Origin: Paragordius varius
Lineage: Eukaryota; Animalia; Nematomorpha
Length of the DNA stretch: 64,000 nt
Direction: 5' to 3'
NCBI GenBank assembly: GCA_964247055.1
Contig: OZ176059.1
Span: 496,001-560,000 of the forward strand
Shown here: in pieces, positions 13,813 through 51,291 of the stretch
How the letters are laid out: each line of letters starts with the position of its first letter
Position numbering within the stretch: position 1 is the first letter of the stretch
The notes under the pieces: model-generated
The model's input: the letters and a program-made list of their open reading frames with translations, nothing else
What the model was told of the DNA's origin: nothing
The model's database searches: none
Position numbers and translations under genes: made by a program

Positions 13813-15487
13813 ACAGCCACAATAGTGGTAATAACAACATTTCATTACCTTTTCACTTGTAATAATTTACCTTTTGGTTTAGCTATTTATCTCATAGCTG
13901 AATTTCATAAATTATTATGAATTTATTTAGGTTAAAAATTAATTATCAAACATTGATCTTATTAGATAATAGAGCTAACATTTTTTACAGTTTTGTGACT
14001 TATAGAGCCTAAAATTGGAACAGCTCTTTAACACATTGGAAACTAGCAGTTGATTTTCTAATGAAAATATATTAAGTTTTGGCTGGTAAATGTAGTAGGA
14101 AATCTAAATTAATTATTTACGTTTTCTAATTATAATATACAATTATTTGCCTGTTTAATTAGAGACTTAAAAATTTGTAGAATTAAAATGGAGGCAAAAA
14201 AGTTTGAGATGAGGATATTTTTGCGATTTTATATTTTTTCAAAACAAACTTGTATGCGCTTAAAAGGCTAAATAAAGCATTAAATACTTTTTAAGATATT
14301 CAAATTTTAAATCTCTCTGCTGCTAAAAATACTCCGAAAGGTAACGGAGTGTTATATAACTTGTGGGTAATAAAAGCACCATGATAATTCTGATACATTT
14401 TTTATAGCAGAATTATATATTTCATCGATATTTCCTTGTGAACACTGTGCAATAATATGCAGCAAGGTAATCAATTCCTTTATTCAAATTCGGAAGCAAA
14501 TTTTAAATGGTAATTTTTTTAGAGGTTAATTGCCTGATATTTATTTAAGGTCGGATTATATAATTTATTGCCCTTTGCAATTTAATAAAAGTTATACCCT
14601 ATCAAATCTTATATGATAACATAATTTCTTTGTAATAAAGCGTTAAATTTGGCAGCTTATATAGAATAATAAGATTCATTGTGATGAAGGTTGGATAAAT
14701 TATATAGCACGCATTACGGTTCTAACTACATTCCGGAAAAATATTTAATATGGTTACATAATTTGATTGTAATAAAACATTAATTTGGCAGCTGTTATAG
14801 AATATTTAGTTGTTAAGTTTATAATAAAATAAAATTATTATTGAATACAACCAAAACTGTTTAATGATAAATTAGCAAATATAATTTTTATAAGATATTT
14901 TTTAAAACTTTTAAATCAAACTTTGACATTTTGCATAGATTTCAATGTAATGTTAAATTAATTGATCTTAGATTATGAGTTAGTTTATATATGATTGGTT
15001 TATTGGAAAAAAAATTTGTAAAAGAAACCTTGCGATATCTTACGCTTAAATATTTAAAAAAATGTAATTTCTATTGTGCAAATCATTTGTCTAATTTTAA
15101 AAATTAATATAAGACTTAGCTAGATTTGCACCCTAACTTATAAAAATTACAAGCTAATTATTATAAAATTAATTATTTTTATATAATTTTATATTCTAAA
15201 TGCTTTACAACAAATTCTTTATCTATACCATTTTTAAAAGTCCTTGAACTCAAGTTTGTCCTTCACTTTTTAAGTGCATCATTTGTAAATTCTATCATTT
15301 TTCTATTCTCTTGATTTAATCAAACTTTAAAAATGCCAGCTTTTAATCAACGAAACCGTACTTTATTCCTAAAAATATTTTTTTAAATATGATTTTAACA
15401 TGTCGAGAAATATATTATTTTTCTGGGTTGGATAATATAAATGAAAAAAAATTAATTCAAAAACTAAAAGTTGAATATTAATTTTAA

Positions 15488-16036
15488 CACTTCGATTCAT
15501 ATTGGGGTAGTTGGATACCCCAAGCCTGTTTAAAATTAAATTCTTTAAAAAATAAGAAAGAAATTGAAACCATGGCAAAATTTTTACTTATATAACATTA
15601 ATAAACCGAAATATATAAAAATTTTATTCAAATTACTTGGTATTACTAATTTTTAGCCAAAAGCGAAAGGTAAAAATTTAGTCAACGTGACAAGTGTGCA
15701 ATGGTAAAATTGAAAAATAATACAAAATAAATCGCTTTTTCTATTTCTATTAATGCTAGATGTAATTTAAATACAAAATAAGCTTTAGTTTTACCCTTAT
15801 AATTGCATGAAGACGATATTTTGCAAAAATTTTGAAAAATAAAAATGGCGTCGAAGTAGTTTGACATGGAACTTTTTTTAAAAAACAAAATTTTATATAG
15901 ATATTTTGGCATATTTATATAATTTTTATTAGGATAGAAGCATAAATTTAAATTGGGACCGTTTCCTTCAGTCGTTTAAAAATCCTAACTTAAATTTAGT
16001 CTGGGGTATTTAGATACCCCAAATTAAATCGAAGTG
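15488..16036. mobile_element. piggyBac-like MITE (family D), symmetric-end variant
   Basis: Flanked by TTAA on both sides (15484-15487, 16037-16040). Both ends read CACTTCGATT.A.ATTGGGGTA. Confidence 0.85.
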
Positions 16037-16059
16037 TTAATTTTAAGGGTAATTAAAGC

Positions 16060-16640
16060 TAATTTTTTATTTAAATCACATCCAACATAAATATAAATAG
16101 AAAAAGTGGTTTATTTTGTATTATTTTTTAATTTTATCATTTCACATTATGTCACGTTGACCAAATTTTTATCTTTCGGTTTTTCCTTAAAACAACTAAT
16201 ATCAAGTATATAAAGTTTTTTATATATTCCGGTTTATTAATGTTTATATAAGTGCAGAATTTTGCCACGGTTTAGATTTCTTCATATTTTTCAAAGAATT
16301 TAATTTTAACCACTGGGGTGTCCAACTACCCCAATTCGAATCGAAGGACTGAAATGAATGTGTTGTATCCAAGTGTTAAAGGAATAAGTATATAATGATT
16401 CAAAATTGGGTAAAAAATAGGAATAAATAATACATGCAAAATTTATGGTTGAATCCAAACTTAATAAGTTTAAGAACTTGAAGTATTCAAGGAAAATCTT
16501 ATAGTGCAAATGGTATGATATGGTGTCAATGTTATATAAGTGCAAACTTTTGCAATGGTCGCATTATATTCCACAGGGGCACTAGTTACCCCAATTTTTA
16601 AACCGGAGGACTCAAATGAATGTGTTATATCCAAGTGTCA
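16060..16640. mobile_element. Two truncated family D copies in tandem
   Basis: Family D long end ...CCCCAATT.GAATCGAAGGACTGAAATGAATGTGTTGTATCCAAGTGTTAA ends at 16379; a degenerate version ends at ~16640. Confidence 0.7.
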
Positions 16641-16914
16641 AATTAAGTGCACATCATATTTATATAAAAAAGTGTCTATATAATATCTCAAGGCGTTTCT
16701 ATACAGCTTCTACCATTGCAAGTACCCTATAACTACAAATTACTATAAATATTTTTTCATATCCATTTTTTTCGGGAAAAACTTTTTTGATGTCTATTAT
16801 CGTATTTAACTTATCAAGCGATCTCCGCATAATAGTCTTTTTAATATTCCATAACCTTTTGGAATAGTTTTATATTCCAGCGCGATATTTTAATACTAAA
16901 AGTAAAGGTATTAA

Positions 16915-17462
16915 CACTAGGATCCAACACATTTATTTCAATCCTTCGATTCGAATTGGGGGATTATCCTATCTTGTTTAAAATTATATTTTTTAAAAAT
17001 AAAATAAATTGAAACCATGGCAAAAGTTTGCACTTATATAACATTTAGGAACCGAATGATAAAAGCTTTCATTTAAAAATACTTGATATTACTTATTTTT
17101 AGGTAAAACCCAAAGAAAATTTAGCCAACATGACATGTCTCCATAAGCTAAATATGAAAATAATGCAAAATATACCACCTTTTCTGTTTATATCAATGTT
17201 AAATGTGATTTTACTAAAAAAAGTAATCTTAATTTTAGGCTTCAAATGACGAAAACATCATATTTTGCAAATAAAATTGTTGTAAAATAAATATGGCTTC
17301 CATGTATGATACAGATTATTTTTTTCCCTAAATTTTTAAGATATTTTGGATTATTCTGGATAGAAGCATATATTTAAATTGGAACCGTTTTCGTCAGTAC
17401 TTTTTTATAAATATCCAATTAAGTTTTTGGGGTATTTAGATACCCCAATTTGGATCGAATTG
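16915..17462. mobile_element. piggyBac-like MITE (family D)
   Basis: TTAA at 16911-16914 and 17463-17466; one long-spacer end and one short end. Confidence 0.8.
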
Positions 17463-17944
17463 TTAAGCCGAGTTAAAAATTATGCTTTCATTAGCCTTTT
17501 ATGAGCATTATATAAGAAAATTTAAAGTTATAAAATCTTCATCTCAATTTGCCGCCATTTTTTTGGTTATTTTTTTAACTCGCTAATATCACATCCAATA
17601 AATGTATATTAAACTTTAAATACTTTGCTACAAGTAACTTGATATATATGATTTTAAATTCAGCCGTCTCAAGTCTAAAAAATATGCGCTTTTATAACTA
17701 ATACAAAAATGTTTGATAATTAAATTTTATCTAAATAACTTTCACAGTAGTTTTAAAAGATTGAGCTCTGGGATAAAAAACTACCCCAATATGTTATCGT
17801 GGAGAAAAAAGTGAAAAGATCATGAAGTGTTAAGAGAACTTGAGATATCTCTAAACACAATTGAAACGAACACCTCATATTAAAATCAATTAATGTCAAA
17901 AATTTTCAAACGGTTATTTGCATGTTGTATTTACGATTTAAAAC

Positions 17945-18397
17945 TTTTATTCAAATTGGGGCATATAGTGATCATGACCGTATTGATAGTATTAAAAATA
18001 TAAATTATGTTTCTAAATTTTTCAATAAATAACCCAAAATATTAAATAAAATTTAGTTTTATAAAATTCCATAAAAATACTTCGACGCCATATTTATTTA
18101 ACAGCATATTCGCAAAAAATTGTGATTGTTTATTCTAACGCTAAAATTAAAATTGACTTTTTATTATTAAAATCACATGCCAATGCACACATGTCATTTT
18201 GGCTAAATTTAGATTCGGGTTTATCCATAAAATAAGTATTTTTTTATTGACTTTTTTAGGTTTATCAATATTATATAAGTGCTGGCTTTTGCCATGAGTT
18301 CAAGTTATATCATTTTTTAAAATATTTGATTTTATAGAATCACCAACGACCTCACTTTAAATTGAAGGACTAAAAGGAATGTGTCTCCAAGTATTAA
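17945..18397. mobile_element. Degenerate family D copy
   Basis: TTCAAATTGGGG start, shared internal motifs (ACTTCGACGCCAT) and a degenerate long-spacer end. Confidence 0.6.
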
Positions 18398-18550
18398 ACA
18401 AAATATCCTTTTTTTGGAAAAGCTTTTTTTGACGCCATTTAGTATATATTAAAAGTTATCATGCCATTTAGGCATTTTTGCGTTTTTAAAGTGAATTCGC
18501 CCATTTAGACGGGTTTAATTATTTGAGACTTGAGCCACGCATAAAGTATA

Positions 18551-19119
18551 CCATTTGCACTTCAAGAGTGTCCTTGAACACTTCAAGTTAGTCCTTGAAC
18601 ATTTCAAGTTGGTCCCTGAACAGTTCAAGTTGGTCTTTGAACAGTTCAAGTTGGTCCTTGAACACCTCAAGTTGTTCCTTTGACTTTTTTGTTTTGTTTT
18701 TAACTTTTATCGATCAAATCGTAAATATTTCATCTATTTTATTGTTTTTAACCTATTTTCTATTATTTAACATAAATTTTAAATCGATATCAACTTTTAA
18801 TATTTGAGAAACCGTATATCTTAAAATATAGTTTGAAACAAAAAAGTGGTTTTTCAAAAAAAAATTATTTTTAAATAAATAAATATATAATAAATAAAGA
18901 AAATTAGGTTAATAAACAATAAAATAAAAAAATAAATGCAAAAATTATGGTTAAATCAAAATTAATAAATTTTAAGGACCAAAGTGTTCAAGGATTAACT
19001 TGAAATGTTCAAGGACCAACTTGAAGTGTTCAAGGACCAATTTGAAGTGTTAAAGGACCAACTTGAATTGTTCAAGGACCAACTTGAAGTGTTCAAGGAC
19101 ACTCTTGAAGTGCAAATGG
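18551..19119. mobile_element. TA-flanked MITE with 21-bp subterminal tandem repeats (family E, sister of family A)
   Basis: TA|CCATTTGCACTTCAAGAGTGTCCTTGAACAC... mirrored by ...GTGTTCAAGGACACTCTTGAAGTGCAAATGG|TA. About 5 units of TTGAACA.TTCAAGTTGGTCC at each end. Confidence 0.88.
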
Positions 19120-19353
19120 TATATTATAAAAATGTTTTGCTTATTAAATCTAATATGTAATATATTTAATATTTACTGATTTTTTTAGGTAGAAGCATTT
19201 AGCTTTCACTACTAAATTTTATTTAAGAAAATGTGAGCGAATTTTGGCATTTGATATAAGGTAGGAACCAAAAACGGATAAGTAGTTTTTAAAAACACAC
19301 GTTAGGGACAAAACCAAAGAGTTATAATAATTGTCGCTTTCAATTATATATAT

Positions 19354-19387
<34 letters not shown>

Positions 19388-21201
19388 CTGGCCTTATCAC
19401 GCTTCGTTATTCTAATAAATTTTGTGCTATAAATAGAGGTGGAAATGAAAAAAATAAAATCTAACCATATTCCACTAAAAACAATATTTTTAACTATTCT
19501 TTTTGGGCTCAAGTATTGTATTTATAACACAAAGTTGACCATATTAGAATATTCCCTTATAAATAACACTATTCGATTAATATTTGATTAATTTAAGTTT
19601 GTAATTAAAATATTGGTCTATTACGTGTTCATATATAACCGGGACTGAATTAGAGGAATTAAAAATAGATATACTACCGATCTCATTTAAAGCAGGGTTG
19701 CAAATAAAACTGTTTTAAATATAGTGTAAAATTAAAATTCGCAGAGTGTGCTTTATACAATATCTTTTTTAGTGGGATATTTTATAGATGAAAAGGGACT
19801 CAACAATAGGTTTTACCCTAATATAAATAAGTAAGATTGGTAACGAATTATGATTATACTGAGAAACTTTTTGATCTTTAAGGGTATTTGTTGCTAATAG
19901 TCTTTTTAAAGAAGCGACTTTCAAGGGCTATTTAAAAACAGCTTTGACTTGAATAATGCCTTTATTAAAATTATTGTATAGCAATAGTAATTTCTTTTAT
20001 TCGTGAAAATTAGAGTTACCGACAAATAATTTTCAGAAAATATTCAAAATATGATAGTTTTCGCAAACTCTTTCATGCTTTTGTGGGCCGCGGTAAAGGT
20101 TTAATTGACCCGTTATACCGAGGTTGGCGGCCTACACCTTACACATTCTGTTTATAAAAATTTTTTAGAATATGGTCGCCTTCTGCAAGAATACTACTCT
20201 TATTATAGTTTTAAATATGTTAACATCAATTTAAATAGGTATAACTTGTTACCACCAATGCGTAAGAATCAAAATTGAGGCTTAATAATGTGTAGTGCCA
20301 TAGAGAAATTTTATTATACCTACCCTTAGCTAAAACTCACTGTTCAGTAGTCCAATCGATGCCATAAGTAAACTACTAATTCCTGAAGATCCAAAAGATA
20401 GATATCACAGCGCGTTTGTTAAAATAGAAACGTTATTTGTTAATTGAATATGTATAGCATCTATATTTATGTTAGTCAATACACCTAATTGTTGGCCAGC
20501 ATTTGTAAAACAAATTTCGTCCATAATAAAAAACAAAGCTAATGTAGTAAGATAAGATAATTTCTATTTCTTGTGTTTTGCCCATTACTGTATTGCAAAT
20601 TGGCCAATATGCATATTATAATCATGTTTTTATTTATTCCATTTAATATTTAAAAATAACGTACTTAACCGGTGCTAATATATTTATTTGTTTGATTATG
20701 CATGATTAGAGAAGGTCTGATAGTTATTTTTTATTGCGAGTCATTTACTTGTACAGACAAATGAAGATAAATGGCTCATTTGGTAAGAGAAAAAATAAAT
20801 CTTTAAACAGAAGTAACTTAATTGTTTTTTAGTGTGCTCATATCAGGAAAAAGGCCGACAAATTTGACTGAATTCTAGGTTGAGTGGATTAATATAAAAC
20901 ATTTATGAAAGCATCATATGTTACATATAGGAAACGTCAAATTTAAACAAAAATAAAATTAATATTTTTTAGCCCCTATGAAGCATTAAATTTTGGCTAA
21001 ATTAACACTTAGATACAACACATTCATTTCAATCATTCCATTCAAATTGGGGTAGCTAAAATTTATATGGAATGACTTCCTGGCAAAGATTTGCTCTTAT
21101 ATAATATTAATGATGAGAAATATAAAAAATTTATTCAATAATATTTGATATTACTTATTTAACATAAAACCTAAAAACCCCAATTTTTTTGTTTCTATTA
21201 A

Positions 21202-21778
21202 GACTTCGATTCAAATTGGGGTATCTAAATACGCCAGACTAAGTTTAAATTAGGGTTTTTAAAAAACTACTGAAGGAAACGGTGCCAATTTAAATTTATT
21301 CCTGATAAATATTATATAAATATGCCAAAATATTTTAATATAATTTTGCTTTGAAAAAAAAAGTTTCATGTCAGACTACTTCGACGCCATTTTATTTTAC
21401 AAAATTTTTGCAAAATATCGTCTTCATTTATTTTTAAGGGTAGAACTAAAGCTAAATTTTAATATAAATTACATCTAACATTGATAGAAATAGAAAAAGC
21501 GGTCTATTTTGTATTATTTTTTAATTTTACTATTTGACACATGTCACGTTGACGAAATTTTTACCTTTCGGTTTTAGCTTAAAATATTTATTATCAAATA
21601 TTTTTGAATAATTTCTTATATATTTAGGTTTATTAATGTTATATAAATGCAAAATTTTGCCATGGTATTGATTCCTTCCATACTTTTTAAATAAAGTATT
21701 TGGTTTTAAACAAGCCTGGGGTATCCAACAACCACAATTTGAATCGAAGGACTAAAATGAGTGTGTTGTATCCAAGTG
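21202..21778. mobile_element. piggyBac-like MITE (family D); a further partial copy lies at ~21002-21200
   Basis: TTAA at 21198-21201 and 21779-21782; closely similar to the copy at 22006-22587. Confidence 0.85.
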
Positions 21779-22005
21779 TTAATGTTAAATGTGATTGTAA
21801 AAAATTAGCCTTTTTAGCTTAAAATTAAATAAACACGATATTTTGAAAAAATGTTGTAAAATATAAATGGTGTCGAAGTAGGATATGAAAATTATTTTTA
21901 AAATTTAATTTTATTTAAACATTTCGACTTATTTATAATTTATGAGAATAGAAGCATAAATTCAAATTGGAACCCTTTCTCACCATTTTTTAAATACTAA
22001 CTTAA

Positions 22006-22587
22006 CACTTCGATTCAAATTGGGGTATCTAAATACCCCAGACTAAATTTAAGTTAGGATTTCTTAAAAACTACTGAAGGAAATGGTCCCAATTTAAATT
22101 TATACTTCTATCCTGATAAAAATTATATAAATCTGCCAAAATATCTTGATAAAATTTTGTTTTGAAAAAAAAGTTCCATCTCAAACTACTTAGACGCCAT
22201 TTTTATTTTACAAAATTTTTGCAAAATATCGTTTTCATTTGATTTTAAGGATAATACTAAAGCTAAATTTTAATATAAATTACATCTAACATTGATAGAA
22301 ATAGAAAAAGCGCTTTATTTTGTATTATTTATTAATTTTATCATTCGACACATGTCACGTTGACGAAATTTTTACCTTTCGGTTTTAGCTAAAAATATTT
22401 AATATCAAATATTTTTGAATAAAATTTTTTATATATTTAAGGTTATTAATGTTATATAAGTGCAAAATTTTGCCATCGTTTCGATTCCTTCCATACATTT
22501 TATAGTATTTGATTTTAAACAGGCCTGGGGTATCCAACTACCCCAATTTAAATCGAAGGACTAAAATTAGTGTATTGTATCCAAGTG
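22006..22587. mobile_element. piggyBac-like MITE (family D)
   Basis: TTAA at 22002-22005 and 22588-22591; asymmetric ends. Confidence 0.88.
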
Positions 22588-23585
22588 TTAAATAATGTGA
22601 ATTTAGATAATCAAATTTAAGAGATATAGCTTATAAATTTGTACAAAACTTTTGTCGAACCTACACGCTTCACAAACAAATACTTCAAATGTTATTTTCA
22701 TTCTCTTATTTTCACGGCTAAGTGGGGCTAAATTTATGTGAAAAATAGGGCTAGTCAATTTTATTGCGACAATGGAAAAGTACGCTATTGAAAACTGCGT
22801 CCACACGGTTTTCGTAGTCGTGTTTCAAAGCCAACGCTCAAAAAACTATTTTTAATTAAGCGGCGCGGAACTGAGGGGCTAATTTAAAAAGGGACTAGTT
22901 ACTACGGAATTGTATTATAATTTAAAAAAAATATTATTACAACTAACTGCTCCTACACGTTTTTCGCTCTTCAAAATTAATATTTATTTAAAAAATTATT
23001 TTCATGCGGGACGGAACTAAGGAGCTAGATAAAGGGACCTGTTTAATATCAGCGCCATTTCGAAAACACAGAACTATTATAAAAAATGAATAAGCCTCCA
23101 AATCTTCCTGAAACATGATTAAAAACCAATATGTATTTCAAAAAACAATTTTTACAGAGTGGACTGGACTGAGGGGTAATTAGAAAGGGGTATCTCCGGC
23201 ACATTTGTAAGACATTATAAAAAGTACACTTTTGACTAAATAATACTTTAATCGGAATGGGCTTATTTATTTTCCCCAAGCGTTATATAAGGGACACATC
23301 TCTTACTTTTATTAATATATAAATTTCATCCTGATATATTTGTGGACACTGTGTAACAAATGCAACTTTTATAACGAAATATTCACTAGTTTGACATGGA
23401 ACCATAGAAACTGGGTATTATTACCCAAGATAAAAATGAAACTCTAATGTGTCTTATGTGAAACCATTACAAATGATTTTTTTATCACATATGGCCTACC
23501 CTTTAAAAATTTAAATCACCAAACTCCAAATGTGATAATAATATTATTATTATGGATAAAGTTACAAAATAATATATTATTTTAG

Positions 23586-48165
<24,580 letters not shown>

Positions 48166-48727
48166 AATGATCTTAGTAAATTATAATAAAATGTATATAC
48201 TCATATATATTATATCGAATAGAAATTAGGCCTTATAATTGATATGATAATATATATATTTTAACATTTGTATTTAAATCAAAGTATGCATGCAATATAT
48301 CAATTATCATGTAGAAATAAATTATAGTCATCACTAACGTTTGTTTAAAATGATGATATTATTTACACAAAAAATTTTAATTTTAAAAACAAAATTTTAA
48401 TAAAGTGTGAGAATAAGAACTACATTTTATTATTATTAATAAAAAAAAGCATTTTTAACATTAATATTGTTTCATAATCCTATACTGTAAATACGATTTG
48501 TTAAGTCTGTTATCAATTGGAATCAAATTAAGGTTTCTAAGATTAAGTTTATTTGTGCATTTTAATGCTTGCTTATTTCACACTATAGTTGGGCAATTTG
48601 CAACACAGTAGTGTATGGAAAAAAACAAATATTGAATAAAACTAATCAAGTTATGAAAGAAAGGAAAACCTTGTTTATTCATCATTTTGTTGTTTTACCA
48701 TACACTACTGTGCAAATTAACCAAATA

Positions 48728-50281
48728 TAGGAATGGTCAACCTTTTTTTCCAGCGGGCAACTTTTGGCGATAAAATTTAACGCGGTCACATATGAATATT
48801 AAGTATTAAAGGATTCATTTATCATTGTGACACAAATAAGGAAAAAATATATCCATCTTTATAGATTGGACTTACTAGCACAGGCAATTTTAGAAAAATA
48901 TTACGAAATATAATTTTTGAGTCAATATATTTATAATTTTAAATTCTAGAGACATCTGGTTGCCACAATCAGTACAAATGCTTAAACATTATATAATTTA
49001 ATTGACTTTACATTGGATAATTAACTGTACATCTCGGGATTTAGATGATTGGGGTAAAATCGATTTTTAAATTTTGGCAAAGATCTTTACCCATTACCAA
49101 ATTTTATGGATTACTTCATAGCAGATTTAAAATAATGGACATAGGCTTCTTGATAGTAAATTTCTTCATAGCGAAAAAAGTGTCAGGTCGCAGGTTTTTA
49201 TTTTAGTTAAAAGATTGGTGTTGACATTTTGAACTAGTTAATACAGATGTAAAATAGTTACATTTTTAGTAAAATTGACAATTTTTACTACAAATATATC
49301 TATTTTACAGAAGTAAAATTATTCATATCCACGTTAGAAGACTTAAAATCAAAAAAATGCACAATGCAAATTAATTAAAAAACAGTGATTCAAAACAATT
49401 TCTAATTTAAAGTAAGGACTCTTCTGTGGCTGATATGTCATGGAAATGCGAATAAAAACGGATAATTGCGCATATCCAAAGTAATAGCTGGACTCGTCAA
49501 TTCGAAGCAAAAAATACAAGAATTAATATTTTCATGTTAAATTTCGGTATGATTTCGATTAAGATCAGCACTCCGCATTATTGTGTTTCTAGATAGGGAT
49601 TAGCCTTTTATTGATTCCATTAATATTCTTTTAGTTTCATAATTTTCAAACAACACTTCGGAAGCTTTAATTAAAGGTTCGTTCCCAATTTCGTCCTGAG
49701 ATTTGTTTTTTATTAGTTTCGCAAATATTTTGTGAGTTGCAATTATGGCATTTTTTTATTTTTGCTGTATATCATAATAAGTGTTTCTGATTATTTAGTT
49801 GCTCTTTCAATAGCTTGATTTTTGATTTGCGAATATGTTGTATTTTGATAGTTCTGTTAGGCGTAGTATATTTGGACTGTTGCCTCTTTAGGCAAAGTCA
49901 CGCAAGTAAATATATCATTAATCCTTACAAAAAACTCTCCTTCCCTTTCATTTCAATAACAATATATTTTATGATTTTTTGGCTTGAATTTTTACTCGTA
50001 CTAGAATATAAGTTTAAAGGATACTTCTTCTGTTTTTTTGCTAAATATAAACTATTTTTAGAAGAAACAAATAATTAAAAAAGTAGGATTAAATAAATTT
50101 ATTAATAAAATAATAAATTACTTGGTTAAATATGAAATTTTGTTCTAGATTTTTTCAAACAAAATAATATAAATTAAAATGATAATTTTGGGAATAGAAA
50201 TTCTATGCAACATTTTTTACATTTTTTAAAAAATTCAAGCGGTCACGAAGTTGAACGCGGTCGACCGTTTGGCCTCCCCTG
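48728..50281 (-). mobile_element. Decayed hAT (Buster/Charlie-type) transposon inserted in a family C MITE
   Basis: Minus-strand remnants LSRNTIMR and LRIDESS...AQLSVFIR resemble Buster-type LSNNTI.RRI and LQLDESTD...AQLLVFVR. Right end reads CAGGGGAGGCCAAAC on the minus strand; left end is degenerate. The family C arm breaks at ~48730 and resumes at ~50282. Confidence 0.75.
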
Positions 50282-50476
50282 GCTAAAGTGTGAAATAAGA
50301 GCAACCATTAAAATTCATACTGTAATGCAAAAAAAATTAATCTTATATTATATTTATTTTATTAATTTACAAATAATACCAAAAATCTTGAGAATATATT
50401 TGCTATACGCTTATAAAAACATTAAACAAATATTAACTTTAATCAGATTTTTATACTGTTATCCTATCTTTTAACT

Positions 50477-50739
50477 CAGTGGTTCTCAAAAGGGTGGCGT
50501 AGAAAAATCTAAGGGGGCGCGAAAAAATTGGAGAATCTAATTAATAAAACTAAAAACAAATTAAAGGTTTCGGGTGCGAATTATAGAAATTCGTCACCTA
50601 TCTAGAAAACATATTTCAAAAATCGCAGAAATAAAGATCTTGATTGAAATTTTTATATTATAATATATTTTAAATTTTGTCTTGCAAAGATTCATTTTCA
50701 ATTTGGTTTATCGCGAACAAAAAAGGTTAAAAATCACTG
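50477..50739. mobile_element. hAT-type MITE
   Basis: CAGTGGTTCTCAA...TTAAAAATCACTG termini; flanks TTTTAACT and CTTAAACT match at 6 of 8 positions. Confidence 0.6.
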
Positions 50740-51291
50740 CTTAAACTTAAAATGTTGTCTAAAGGCCTACCCTAAAGTTTATGTAAAAAATTAAGAAATA
50801 TTTTATTAAACAAAATCATTACCATGAGAGTTACACCCAATAATTAAAGAATTTAACAGTCGTATTAACCCCCCAGATGTGATAAAACATGCCCCCCTAC
50901 AAAAAAATTGATTATACAGACAAAACATTTTTTTTCGAAAGACAACCATACTCTAAAAACTTGATTTGTGATATTTATTATAACCTCAGAATCCAACGCA
51001 ATCAATTCTACATGTTACGATTGTAACTAAATAGCTTATATACGGATAATTTAACAGACGGTTGTCTTTTGGATAATAATTCTTGTCTTTATGATTATAC
51101 GTTTTGTCCTTATATGTAGATTTTTTACTGTAAGAAAAAATTATTCACCAAACACATTAGATATAAAAAATAGTTTTAATTCATTCCATATTATTTTTAT
51201 AATTCTTGAGGGTCAAACGGCGCTTGTTTTATAAACTAACTTTGTTATGAAGGGTATAGGGTCCCCGCCCACCGTTATTCTTGTAAAAAAA

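Noticed and set aside
18590-19120. 21-bp repeat arrays as a possible CRISPR
   Set aside because: Units are contiguous with no unique spacers, are mirrored as transposon ends, and no cas genes are present in this eukaryotic context.
20030-20160. GC-rich island with a short open frame (FRKLFHAFVGRGKGLIDPLYRGWRP) and a possible hairpin
   Set aside because: No recognisable protein or RNA motif and no second copy in the window.
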